This document shows, piece by piece, positions 8,765 to 17,603 of a DNA stretch of 64,000 nucleotides. Both the position numbers and the translations under genes were made by a program. Positions within the stretch are counted from its first letter, which is position 1. Each line of letters opens with the position of its first letter. The notes under the pieces are model-generated. The model saw only the letters and a list, made by a program, of their open reading frames with translations, had not been told where the DNA came from and searched no databases. Source of the DNA: Candidatus Zhuqueibacterota bacterium (GTDB taxonomy: Bacteria; Zhuqueibacterota; Zhuqueibacteria; Residuimicrobiales; Krinioviventaceae); NCBI GenBank assembly GCA_016928775.1, contig JAFGKD010000054.1, positions 1 to 64,000 on the forward strand, read 5' to 3'.

Positions 8765-10582
8765 ATGCAACTTGGAAAAATAGACCTCGGCATCATCGCC
8801 TTTTATCTATTAACGACCATTGTGATCGGTATTATTATTTCCAAACGCGCGTCCAAAGGTCTGGATGCGTATTTCCTTGGTGAGCGGGGTATGCCATGGT
8901 ACATTCTTGGCGTTTCAAATGCCTCGGGTATGTTTGACATCACCGGCACGATGTGGCTGGTTTATATCCTTTTTGTCTATGGCCTGAAAAGCGCCTGGCT
9001 ATCATGGCTCTGGCCCATGTTCAATCAAATTTTTCTTATGGTCTATTTGTCTATTTGGCTCAGACGCTCGAATGTACTCACAGGTGCTGAGTGGATCACA
9101 ACCCGTTTTGGCACAGGGCGCGGGGCAAACCTGTCGCATATCAGCGTGGTCATTTTCGCATTGGTCAGCGTCGTTGGCTTTTTGGCATATGCATTTCAGG
9201 GTATCGGCAAATTCGCCACACAGTTTTTGCCATGGGATTTGGCAAATATCATTCCGGGCTTGTCCTCTGCCAACATGTACGCAATTTTGTTCATGGGAAT
9301 CACGAGCATTTATGTTATTTCAGGCGGTATGTTCAGCGTTGTCTTTACCGAAGTGCTGCAATTTGCCATAATGACGGCAGCGTCCATCGCTGTCGGCATC
9401 ATTGCGATGAACAAAGTCTCGCCGGACATGTTAGCGCGGGTAGTGCCGGAGGGATGGACAAATATCTTTTTTGGCTGGCGACTTGAGCTTGATTGGAGCG
9501 GTATCCTCAACGCAGCCAATGCCAAGATAAGTCAGGATGGATACTCGCTGTTCACAATCATGTTCATGATGATGATGTTCAAAGGTCTTCTCGTCAGTAT
9601 GGCGGGTCCGGCGCCAAATTTTGATATGCAGCGCATCCTGGCGACACGATCGCCAAAAGAAGCCGGACTGATGAGCGGCTTTGTCAACCTGGCGCTGTTT
9701 TTCCCTCGCTATATGATGATCGCCGGCTTGACTGTGTTGGCACTGGTCTTCTTTTTACCCGAGCTGCGTGCCATGGGCGGAGCTGTTGATTTTGAGATGG
9801 TCTTACCCTATGCCATCCGCAATTTTATCCCAATCGGACTTTTGGGTGTGTTGTTGGCCGGGCTTTTGTCGGCGTTTATGTCCACCTTTGCTGCAACTGT
9901 GAACGCGGCGCCAGCTTATATAGTCAACGATATTTACAAGCGATATATCAATCCGGACGCCGGCAATGCAAAATATGTGTTGATGAGCAAGGTAGCGTCG
10001 CTTGCGGTGGTTATTGCTGGTATGGGATTCGGGCTGATCGTCGAATCCATTAATTCAGTCACGCTCTGGATTGTCTCAGCCTTGTGGGGCGGATACGCGG
10101 CTGCGAATGTTTTAAAATGGTACTGGTGGCGTTTTAATGGTTATGGATACTTTTGGGGTATGGTGTCCGGCATTTGTGCTGCGTTAGCTGTCCCAAAACT
10201 CTGCCCAAATGTGTCAGCCCTCAATAGTTTCCCGATCATTCTCGCGGTCTCGAGCCTGTTTTGCGTCCTGGGCAGTTTGTTGAGCAAACCGGAATCCGAT
10301 GATGTGCTAATGAATTTTTATCAAAGCGTGCGTCCCTGGGGATTCTGGCGGCCAGTTTATAAAAAAGTGATTGCCTTGCATCCCGAGTTTCAAAAAAATA
10401 GGAACTTTTGGCGGGATTGGTCAAATATTGGTATCGGCCTCATCTGGCAGGTGTCGCTTATTGCCTTGCCGATTTTTTTGGTCATCAAAGCGTGGCTGGC
10501 TATGGGGATTTGTTTAATAAGTATCATATTGATGACATTTCTTTTAAAAATAAACTGGTATGACAAACTGGAGAAAGAGTAG
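8765..10582 (+). CDS. Sodium:solute symporter (SSF) family transporter, tandem paralog of the upstream gene
   Basis: It is colinear with the preceding protein along its whole length (YFLGERGMPWYILGVSNASGMFDITG...) and begins 4 nt after the upstream stop. Confidence 0.85.
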   Translation: MQLGKIDLGIIAFYLLTTIVIGIIISKRASKGLDAYFLGERGMPWYILGVSNASGMFDITGTMWLVYILFVYGLKSAWLSWLWPMFNQIFLMVYLSIWLRRSNVLTGAEWITTRFGTGRGANLSHISVVIFALVSVVGFLAYAFQGIGKFATQFLPWDLANIIPGLSSANMYAILFMGITSIYVISGGMFSVVFTEVLQFAIMTAASIAVGIIAMNKVSPDMLARVVPEGWTNIFFGWRLELDWSGILNAANAKISQDGYSLFTIMFMMMMFKGLLVSMAGPAPNFDMQRILATRSPKEAGLMSGFVNLALFFPRYMMIAGLTVLALVFFLPELRAMGGAVDFEMVLPYAIRNFIPIGLLGVLLAGLLSAFMSTFAATVNAAPAYIVNDIYKRYINPDAGNAKYVLMSKVASLAVVIAGMGFGLIVESINSVTLWIVSALWGGYAAANVLKWYWWRFNGYGYFWGMVSGICAALAVPKLCPNVSALNSFPIILAVSSLFCVLGSLLSKPESDDVLMNFYQSVRPWGFWRPVYKKVIALHPEFQKNRNFWRDWSNIGIGLIWQVSLIALPIFLVIKAWLAMGICLISIILMTFLLKINWYDKLEKE

Positions 10583-10621
10583 GAAAAAACAATCATACCA
10601 GAGCTCTGCAAGCCAAACCAA

Positions 10622-11758
10622 ATGATTTTTAAAGTGTATCCAACGATATTGCACATCGGTCCATCGCCCCGCCAGGTCGGAGGGATGGAGACATTTATAG
10701 GAGATATGCTCAATTCGTCGCTGGCAGCCAGGTACCGGCTTCTCTTGCTGGATATCGCAAAGCCCAAATTGAGAAGGAGTGGCACCTATGCGATAGACAC
10801 CGGCTATGCTGTTTTTCAGCGACGATTTGGCTCGACGATGCTCAGTTATGGCTATTCCGGGTGGTTTTTTCTAAAATATCTCCATCTGCTGTTCAGCCGA
10901 AAAATAGACATAATCCATATTCATACTGCATCCTACACTTCTTTTTGGGAAAAGTGTGCGTACATTTGTGCTGGCAAAGTGGCTGGTAAAAAAATTGTTG
11001 TGCACATCCATGGTGCGCTGTTCAAAGAGTTTTATAAAACAAGCTCACGTCCGGCGCAAAAACTTATCATTCGGTTTCTGCGAAGGTGCGATGCCATTTT
11101 TGTTCTATCCCGAAGCTGGAAAGATTTTTTTTCAAAGATTGTTTGCGATAACAAACTCTATATCGTTGAAAACGGCATTAACCTGGCACCGTTTAAAAAT
11201 ATCGGTAAAAAACCTGCCCGGTTTTCAATAGTGCACATGGGGGAGGTGAGTGCGAGAAAAGGCATTTATGATATTCTCAAAGTCGCAGAGGTGTTGCAGC
11301 GACAAAAGTTTAAAGTCCATTTTGATATCGTTGGTCCAGGAGAGCTGGACAAGGTGTCGGCCCTCATTCAACAAAAGAAAATAGAGGATTATATTACGCT
11401 GCATGGCGCACAGTTTGGTGAGAAGCGATATGTTTATTTCCAGAGGGCGCATTGTTTTATTCTTGCTTCCTATGGTGAAGGATTTCCGATTGCTTTGATT
11501 GAGGCGTTGGCGGCAGGATTGCCAGTTGTCACTACAAGGGTCGGTGGTATTCCGGATATGATAACTCATGGTGTACATGGATTTTTATGCGAGCCTGGCA
11601 ATATAGACGAAATAGCCAATGCAATTCAGCATTATATCCAAAATAGCAAAACGAGCTGCGAGAGCGCTGAAGAAAATCGTCTTCATGCCAACACCCATTT
11701 CAATATTGAATGCTGTGCTGACAAAATCGCTAAAATTTATCGGGATATCATGTCATAG
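10622..11758 (+). CDS. GT4 family glycosyltransferase
   Basis: The C-terminal signature EGFPIALIEALAAGLPVVTTRVGGIPDMI is present. Confidence 0.85.
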   Translation: MIFKVYPTILHIGPSPRQVGGMETFIGDMLNSSLAARYRLLLLDIAKPKLRRSGTYAIDTGYAVFQRRFGSTMLSYGYSGWFFLKYLHLLFSRKIDIIHIHTASYTSFWEKCAYICAGKVAGKKIVVHIHGALFKEFYKTSSRPAQKLIIRFLRRCDAIFVLSRSWKDFFSKIVCDNKLYIVENGINLAPFKNIGKKPARFSIVHMGEVSARKGIYDILKVAEVLQRQKFKVHFDIVGPGELDKVSALIQQKKIEDYITLHGAQFGEKRYVYFQRAHCFILASYGEGFPIALIEALAAGLPVVTTRVGGIPDMITHGVHGFLCEPGNIDEIANAIQHYIQNSKTSCESAEENRLHANTHFNIECCADKIAKIYRDIMS

Positions 11759-11853
11759 ATCGATCGGCACATCATGTTATAACTCAAGCATAAACATAAA
11801 TTTTACCTTGCATTTGGCGCCATTTTTAGCTAATATAATAGTCAGTTTGGCGA

Positions 11854-11878
11854 TGCCGTGCAGACGGCACATTTTTTG
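11854..11878 (+). terminator. Rho-independent terminator (TGCCGT-gcag-ACGGCA followed by a T-run)
   Basis: Hairpin followed by CATTTTTTG, read directly. Confidence 0.5.
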
Positions 11879-11906
11879 TCGCGATATTTTTTTGTTGAGT
11901 GACGCT

Positions 11907-12800
11907 ATGGTAAAAAAACAGGATAAAATTCTCGGATTTTTTATCCTCGGTGCTTTTGTGATCTTTTTTCTCATTGTGATGCTCATACTCTTTAGCGTGA
12001 GTTCAACGTCGAATATTGAGTTTGCCGGCATCGGAGATAAAATTGCGATTGTCGAATTGGAGGGAATTATTACCTCATCGCAAAGTATTGTTAATCAGTT
12101 CAAGCGTTACCAAAAGGACAATAGCATAAGTGCTATCGTTTTTCGCATCAATAGCCCGGGTGGCGGCATCGCAGCGTCCCAGGAAATTTATGAGCATGTC
12201 AGGCGAGTGCGTGATTCCGGCAAGCCGGTGATTGCATCCATGGCGAGCGTTGCTGCATCCGGTGGTTATTATGTTGCGCTTGGTGCGGACTCGATTATGG
12301 CGAATCCCGGGACGACCACTGGCAGCATTGGTGTCATTGCCGAGTTTCCAAATTTCACCGGGTTGATGGACAAACTCGGCATTGGAATCACCATCATCAA
12401 GAGCGGACGCTTTAAAGATACTGGCACACCATACCGTAATTTGACACCGTCGGATCGGGAATATCTGCAAGCATGGATAAACGATGGCTATGATCAGTTC
12501 CTCAGCGCTGTCTCTGAAGAAAGAGGGATGCCAAAAGAAAAAGTCCAGCGGCTCGCTGATGGCAGGGTTTATTCCGGCCAACAAGCATACAAGCTGGCTC
12601 TCATTGACACGTTGGGTACATTTGAAGACGCCATTCATTTGGCAGCAGATGCAGCGGGAATAACCGGTGAGCCCCGATTGGTTCGTCAGCAGCGACGCCG
12701 GGTGACACCATTTGAGTTGCTCTTTTTTTACGATTTAAAAAGACTGGCTGAAACCTATTTCAGCGCCTGGCCGCGAATTCAATATCTGATGTCATTTTAA
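11907..12800 (+). CDS. sppA: Signal peptide peptidase SppA (S49 family, 36K type)
   Basis: An N-terminal TM helix is followed by NSPGGGIAASQEIY...ASGGYYVA. The upstream extension in the track overlaps the GT4 gene and is rejected. Confidence 0.85.
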   Translation: MVKKQDKILGFFILGAFVIFFLIVMLILFSVSSTSNIEFAGIGDKIAIVELEGIITSSQSIVNQFKRYQKDNSISAIVFRINSPGGGIAASQEIYEHVRRVRDSGKPVIASMASVAASGGYYVALGADSIMANPGTTTGSIGVIAEFPNFTGLMDKLGIGITIIKSGRFKDTGTPYRNLTPSDREYLQAWINDGYDQFLSAVSEERGMPKEKVQRLADGRVYSGQQAYKLALIDTLGTFEDAIHLAADAAGITGEPRLVRQQRRRVTPFELLFFYDLKRLAETYFSAWPRIQYLMSF

Positions 12801-12814
12801 TACGGGGAACAGTT

Positions 12815-13093
12815 ATGACGAAAGCAGATTTGGTGGATGTAATTTCTCAAGGTACCGGGCTTACAAAAGTCGAAACCCAGGCCGTCATCGATGGTTTTTT
12901 GGCCACTATCAGCTATGCATTGCAGCAAGGAGAGCGCGTCGATCTGCGCGGATTTGGCAATTTCAAAGTCGTGCGGCGAAAGTCTCGAACAGCACGCAAT
13001 CCCAGCACCAACGAGCCGGTACAAGTGCCCGCGCATAACGCAGCGATATTCAAGCCGTCAAAGGATTTGAAAGAATTTTTAAATAAAACATAA
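12815..13093 (+). CDS. HU family DNA-binding protein
   Basis: Canonical HU fold sequence (GFGNFKVVRRKSRTARNPSTNEPVQVPAHNAAIFKPSK). Confidence 0.85.
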   Translation: MTKADLVDVISQGTGLTKVETQAVIDGFLATISYALQQGERVDLRGFGNFKVVRRKSRTARNPSTNEPVQVPAHNAAIFKPSKDLKEFLNKT

Positions 13094-13118
13094 AAAGAAC
13101 CAAGAGGAGGTGACTCTC

Positions 13119-13214
13119 GTGCCAAGCGGAAAAAAGCGCAAACGTCACAAGATAGCGACGCACAAGCGCAAGAAAAGACTTCGCAAAGATCGTCATAAGA
13201 AAAAGAATAAATAA
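13119..13214 (+). CDS. bS22-like small basic ribosomal protein (AURKAIP1/COX24-like), 31 aa, not in the ORF track
   Basis: An AGGAGG lies 8 nt upstream of GTG. The product is VPSGKKRKRHKIATHKRKKRLRKDRHKKKNK, which resembles the small basic peptides annotated this way in Bacteroidota and Mycobacteria. Confidence 0.6.
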   Translation: MPSGKKRKRHKIATHKRKKRLRKDRHKKKNK

Positions 13215-13220
13215 TTTCAA

Positions 13221-13248
13221 AGGGTCAAGAAGAAAACTTGACCCTTTT
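13221..13248 (+). terminator. Rho-independent terminator (AGGGTCAAG-aagaaaa-CTTGACCCT-TTT)
   Basis: A 9-bp perfect stem is followed by a T tract. It covers the TTG at 13238 that the track used as the xseA start. Confidence 0.5.
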
Positions 13249-13261
13249 AGCTGTTAAAAGC

Positions 13262-14539
13262 ATGATCAATCACATCAAAGAATCAATGCTTGACGACATA
13301 GACAGACAAAACATATATTCTGTATCCGAAATTACCCGGGAAATTAAGGAATTGTTGGAGTATAATATTCCGACTATCTGGGTGCAGGGAGAACTGTCCA
13401 ATTTTGTTCATCACACGTCCGGTCATCTCTATTTTTCTCTGAAAGACCAGGATGCACAAATTGCCTGCGTTATGTGGAAAAGTCGGGCGGCAGCGCTGCC
13501 ATTTTCGCCTCAGAATGGTATGAAACTGAATGTTTACGGTTCAGTGCGTGTTTATGAAAAACGAGGCAACTATCAACTTGATATAGTCAAAATGCATCCC
13601 GTCGGCATCGGTGATTTGCAGTTGATGTTTGAAGCGCTCAAACAAAAACTTTACGGTGAAGGACTATTTGACGAAGCGCACAAAAAACCTCTGCCGCCCT
13701 ATCCGGAACGTATTGGCATCGTTACGTCTCCAACGGGCGCAGCGATCAGAGATATTTTGCACGTCCTGAATCGAAGATGGCCATCTGCTATAAAAATATT
13801 GCGCCCCGCGCGAGTTCAAGGTGAGGGCGCTGCAATGGATATTGCCGCCGCTATTCATGAAATGAATGAATTTGGTGCGGTTGATTTAATGATTATCGGA
13901 CGGGGTGGAGGTTCGCTGGAAGATTTGTGGGCCTTTAATGAAGAGGTGGTGGCCCGCGCCATCTATGCATCTGTCATCCCGATAATCTCGGCTGTCGGGC
14001 ATGAGATTGATTATACGATCAGTGATTTTGTTGCGGACAGACGAGCTCCTACGCCATCTGCTGCGGCTGAAATCATTGCCCCGGATGTGGCTGATCTTCA
14101 GAATGCGATATCAACCTTGAGAAATCGCTGTGCATCAGCGGCCACTCGCGAAATTGTATTATTGCGCGAAAAAAAACAACGTCTGCAAAGTCGGTATGCC
14201 TTTCGCCGGCCCATGGATATGACGCTGCAATATAAACAAAGAGCAGATGATTTGTTTCATCTCATTTATAAAAGTACACAACACCGTCTGACCGCGTGTC
14301 AGCACAGAGTGCGACATAATATTTCCCGAATCCAGTCAGCGCATCCGAAACACATTTTGAACCGCGGATATGCAATCGTGCAAAAGTCGGGTGGCGAGTT
14401 GATCCGAAGCGCGGAGCAGCTTGCACCGCTTGAGGAAGTAAATGTATATCTCGCACAAGGTTCTTTTTCCGGAGCCGTCGGGCGGCTGACAAAAGAAAAA
14501 TCCTTTTTCGACAGCGAAACAGAAACGGAAACGTCATGA
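13262..14539 (+). CDS. xseA: Exodeoxyribonuclease VII large subunit
   Basis: The N-terminal OB-fold block (SVSEITREIKELLEYNIPTIWVQGELSNF) is present. The start is placed after the terminator hairpin. Confidence 0.85.
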   Translation: MINHIKESMLDDIDRQNIYSVSEITREIKELLEYNIPTIWVQGELSNFVHHTSGHLYFSLKDQDAQIACVMWKSRAAALPFSPQNGMKLNVYGSVRVYEKRGNYQLDIVKMHPVGIGDLQLMFEALKQKLYGEGLFDEAHKKPLPPYPERIGIVTSPTGAAIRDILHVLNRRWPSAIKILRPARVQGEGAAMDIAAAIHEMNEFGAVDLMIIGRGGGSLEDLWAFNEEVVARAIYASVIPIISAVGHEIDYTISDFVADRRAPTPSAAAEIIAPDVADLQNAISTLRNRCASAATREIVLLREKKQRLQSRYAFRRPMDMTLQYKQRADDLFHLIYKSTQHRLTACQHRVRHNISRIQSAHPKHILNRGYAIVQKSGGELIRSAEQLAPLEEVNVYLAQGSFSGAVGRLTKEKSFFDSETETETS

Positions 14540-14760
14540 AAAACGAAGAGAAAACGCTCGAGCACGCGCTCGCCAGACTCGAAGAAATTGCTGATGCGCT
14601 GGAAAGTGGCGAATTTGGACTCGAACAGACTATGGTGCTTTTCGAAGAGGCACATTCACTGTCGCAATTCTGCACTGAAAAAATTGACAAAGCCGAAGAA
14701 AAACTCCGGATTTTGATTAAAAAAGACGATACCTTTCAACTAAGAGTAGAAGAAGATTGA
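14536..14760 (+). CDS. xseB: Exodeoxyribonuclease VII small subunit
   Basis: LEHALARLEEIADALESGEFGLEQTMVLFEEA. The start overlaps the xseA stop. Confidence 0.85.
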   Translation: MKNEEKTLEHALARLEEIADALESGEFGLEQTMVLFEEAHSLSQFCTEKIDKAEEKLRILIKKDDTFQLRVEED

Positions 14761-14780
14761 GTTAAGGGTTGTTGTGCAAT

Positions 14781-16712
14781 ATGAAGAGCCTTTTATCTCA
14801 AGTAAATTCTCCCGAAGATATTCGTGGATTTGACGTCCCACAATTGGCGCATCTGGCCAAGGAGCTGCGCGAATATATCATTGCGACCGTGGCGAATACT
14901 GGTGGGCATCTCGCACCGTCTCTCGGCGTCATTGAGCTCACGCTTGTGCTGCATTATATTTTTGACACACCGAAAGATAAAATTGTCTGGGATGTCGGTC
15001 ATCAAACCTACGCGCATAAAATTATCACTGGCCGCCGCGAACAATTCCCAACCATCCGACAATTTGCCGGCTTGAGCGGTTTTCCCAAAATATCCGAAAG
15101 TCCTTATGATGCTTTTGGCGTCGGGCATTCCAGCACCTCTATTTCAGCCGCATTTGGCATGGCGTGTGCGCGCGATTTGAATCGAGAGGATTATAAAGTC
15201 CTGGCTATCATTGGTGATGGCGCCCTGACCGGAGGTCTGGCGTACGAGGGCTTGAATAACGCCGGTGCTTCCGGACGAGATTTTATCGTGGTGCTGAATG
15301 ACAACAGCATGTCCATCTCTCCCAATGTGGGTGCGATATCAAAGTATTTGACCAGCCTTATCTCCAATCCACTTTACAACCGCATCAAGGATGAGATCTG
15401 GGATATCACCGGTAAATTTGATAGCATGGGGCCATTGATTCGCAAAACAGCCAGAAAAATTGAAGAGAGTATGAAAGCGTTTATGACGCCGGGTATGCTT
15501 TTCGAGCGGCTTGGATTCCGATATTTGGGGCCAGTGGATGGCCATAATATCGCCGGGTTGATCCATCTGTTCCACGAAGTGAAAAAATTCAAAGGCCCAA
15601 TTCTGATTCACTTGCTCACAAAAAAAGGCAAAGGTTACGAGCCGGCGGAAAAAAATGCGTCCATATTCCATGGCCTCGGCAAGTTTGACCGCAAGACCGG
15701 TACGCCGCTAAAAAAAACTGATATCCCGACTTTTACAAAAGTATTTGGCAAAACAGTCGTTGATTTAGCGGAACACGATGACAAAATTGTGGCGATTACC
15801 GCGGCAATGCAACTCGGTGCCGGGTTATCTGAATTTGCCGAAAAATTTCCAGAGCGCTTTTTTGATGTGGGCATTGCCGAAGGGCATGCCGTTACATTTG
15901 CGGCGGGATTGGCATCACAGGGATTCAAACCCGTTTGTGCGATCTATTCAAGCTTTTTGCAGCGCGCTTATGATATGATCATCCACGATGTCGCACTGCA
16001 AGAATTGCCCGTCATCTTTGCTATTGATCGCGCTGGACTCGTAGGCGATGATGGACCAACGCATCATGGCGTGTATGATATAGCTTTTTTGCGAACAATT
16101 CCCCATATGACGATAATGGCGCCAAAAGATGAGGAAGAATTACGCCATATGCTCTATACTGCCCTCAACTATCGTGGAGGGCCAATTGCTATCCGCTATC
16201 CTCGTGGGTTGGCCCAGGGCGTCAGGCTTTCCAGTGACTATAAGAAGCTGCCAATCGGCGTGGCCGAAATTGTACGCCAGGGGCGTGATATTGCAGTCAT
16301 TGCATTCGGTCATGTGCTGTATAATGCGCTTGAAGCAGCGGCAATTTTGGAGAGCGATAATACCGATATCAGCGTCATTAATGCGCGATTTGTAAAACCG
16401 ATTGACCACGACATGCTCAGCCGTTTGGCGCTGGTCAATAAGCTCATTGTCACTCTTGAGGATGGTGCCCTGAAAGGCGGCATGGGCAGCGAAATCAGTG
16501 AATTTCTTAAAGGACATAACATCAATCACATCGAGCTCATCCGTCTGGGTGTGCCGGATAGATTTATTGAGCAGGGTGAACCATCTATACTGCGCGAGCA
16601 TATCGGCATTTCCACAGGAGGTATTGTGAATGCCATTCGCCAATCAAATTATTTTCAGGAAAGCCACATGACAACGTTTGCAGATTTTTACAAGCACTCA
16701 AAGGTTTCATGA
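14781..16712 (+). CDS. dxs: 1-deoxy-D-xylulose-5-phosphate synthase
   Basis: TGGHLAPSLGVIELTLVLHYIFDTPKDKIVWDVGHQTYAHKI is diagnostic. Confidence 0.9.
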   Translation: MKSLLSQVNSPEDIRGFDVPQLAHLAKELREYIIATVANTGGHLAPSLGVIELTLVLHYIFDTPKDKIVWDVGHQTYAHKIITGRREQFPTIRQFAGLSGFPKISESPYDAFGVGHSSTSISAAFGMACARDLNREDYKVLAIIGDGALTGGLAYEGLNNAGASGRDFIVVLNDNSMSISPNVGAISKYLTSLISNPLYNRIKDEIWDITGKFDSMGPLIRKTARKIEESMKAFMTPGMLFERLGFRYLGPVDGHNIAGLIHLFHEVKKFKGPILIHLLTKKGKGYEPAEKNASIFHGLGKFDRKTGTPLKKTDIPTFTKVFGKTVVDLAEHDDKIVAITAAMQLGAGLSEFAEKFPERFFDVGIAEGHAVTFAAGLASQGFKPVCAIYSSFLQRAYDMIIHDVALQELPVIFAIDRAGLVGDDGPTHHGVYDIAFLRTIPHMTIMAPKDEEELRHMLYTALNYRGGPIAIRYPRGLAQGVRLSSDYKKLPIGVAEIVRQGRDIAVIAFGHVLYNALEAAAILESDNTDISVINARFVKPIDHDMLSRLALVNKLIVTLEDGALKGGMGSEISEFLKGHNINHIELIRLGVPDRFIEQGEPSILREHIGISTGGIVNAIRQSNYFQESHMTTFADFYKHSKVS

Positions 16713-17581
16713 AAGTCGGAATTGTTGCCAATACACACAAGCCAAAAGCCTTGTCGGTGATCAAGTCATTCACCGAGCTTTTACAGCAACGTCACATCCC
16801 TATCATCTATGCGGATGATTTACAACGCTTTTTGTCACTTTCGGCGAATGAGGAAACTGCATCGATCGGTACAATCGGTCACAACTGCACCGTTGTGGTT
16901 GCCTTTGGGGGCGACGGGACTATTTTGGCGACCGCAAAACATGTTGGTTCAACCGGAGTGCCGATCCTGGGCGTCAACATCGGCACACTTGGATTTTTGG
17001 CGGAAGTAACGGTTGATGAATTGGAAGAGACCATCGATGATCTCTTGCAAAAAAAATACGCTATCGTTGAACGTATGGTATTTAAAATAGACATCGAACG
17101 TGACTATCTCACCAAAACCTATTTTGCTTTGAACGATGTTGTTCTGGACAAAGGGCTCAGTTCGCGTCTTATTTTCATTGATGCCCGGGTAAATGGTGTG
17201 TTTCTCAACTCTTATCGCGCTGATGGATTGATCATCGCCACACCAACCGGTTCGACCGCCTATTCCATGTCCGCTGGTGGACCGCTGGTTGTGCCGGATT
17301 TGCACGCTTTTATCGTGACGCCAATCTGCCCGCATTCTTTGACCGTCCGGCCCATTGTCTTGTCCGATGATGCTGTTGTGGAACTGTCAATTCGCAAGGA
17401 AGCGGAGCCGGTTCAGGTCAATATTGATGGACAAAATCGCTACAAACTTTTGTTTAATGAAAAAGTCCGGATATCCAAATCGGATTATAATGTGCGCTGG
17501 ATATCCATTGGCAAAGGTGATTTTTTTCATATACTAAGAACCAAACTGAATTGGGGCGTCAATCATAAAGGTGTGAATTGA
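16709..17581 (+). CDS. nadK: NAD(+) kinase
   Basis: The GGDGT motif and NIGTLGFL are present. The start overlaps the dxs stop. Confidence 0.85.
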   Translation: MKVGIVANTHKPKALSVIKSFTELLQQRHIPIIYADDLQRFLSLSANEETASIGTIGHNCTVVVAFGGDGTILATAKHVGSTGVPILGVNIGTLGFLAEVTVDELEETIDDLLQKKYAIVERMVFKIDIERDYLTKTYFALNDVVLDKGLSSRLIFIDARVNGVFLNSYRADGLIIATPTGSTAYSMSAGGPLVVPDLHAFIVTPICPHSLTVRPIVLSDDAVVELSIRKEAEPVQVNIDGQNRYKLLFNEKVRISKSDYNVRWISIGKGDFFHILRTKLNWGVNHKGVN

Positions 17582-17603
17582 CGCAAGGAGATGGCGAAAT
17601 CAG

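Noticed and set aside
8204-8770. 188-aa minus-strand ORF, and similar long antisense ORFs at 12075-12638, 16140-16643 and 36206-36766
   Set aside because: Each lies fully inside a confident plus-strand gene (SSF, sppA, dxs, DegT). None has a start context or recognizable domain. They are typical antisense ORFs.
11619-11906. N-terminal extension of the sppA ORF
   Set aside because: It overlaps the upstream GT4 gene and the terminator hairpin at 11854-11878. The conserved SppA sequence begins at ATG 11907.
13238-13261. TTG start for xseA used by the ORF track
   Set aside because: It lies inside the right arm of the terminator hairpin after the bS22-like gene. ATG 13262 gives the expected N-terminal length.
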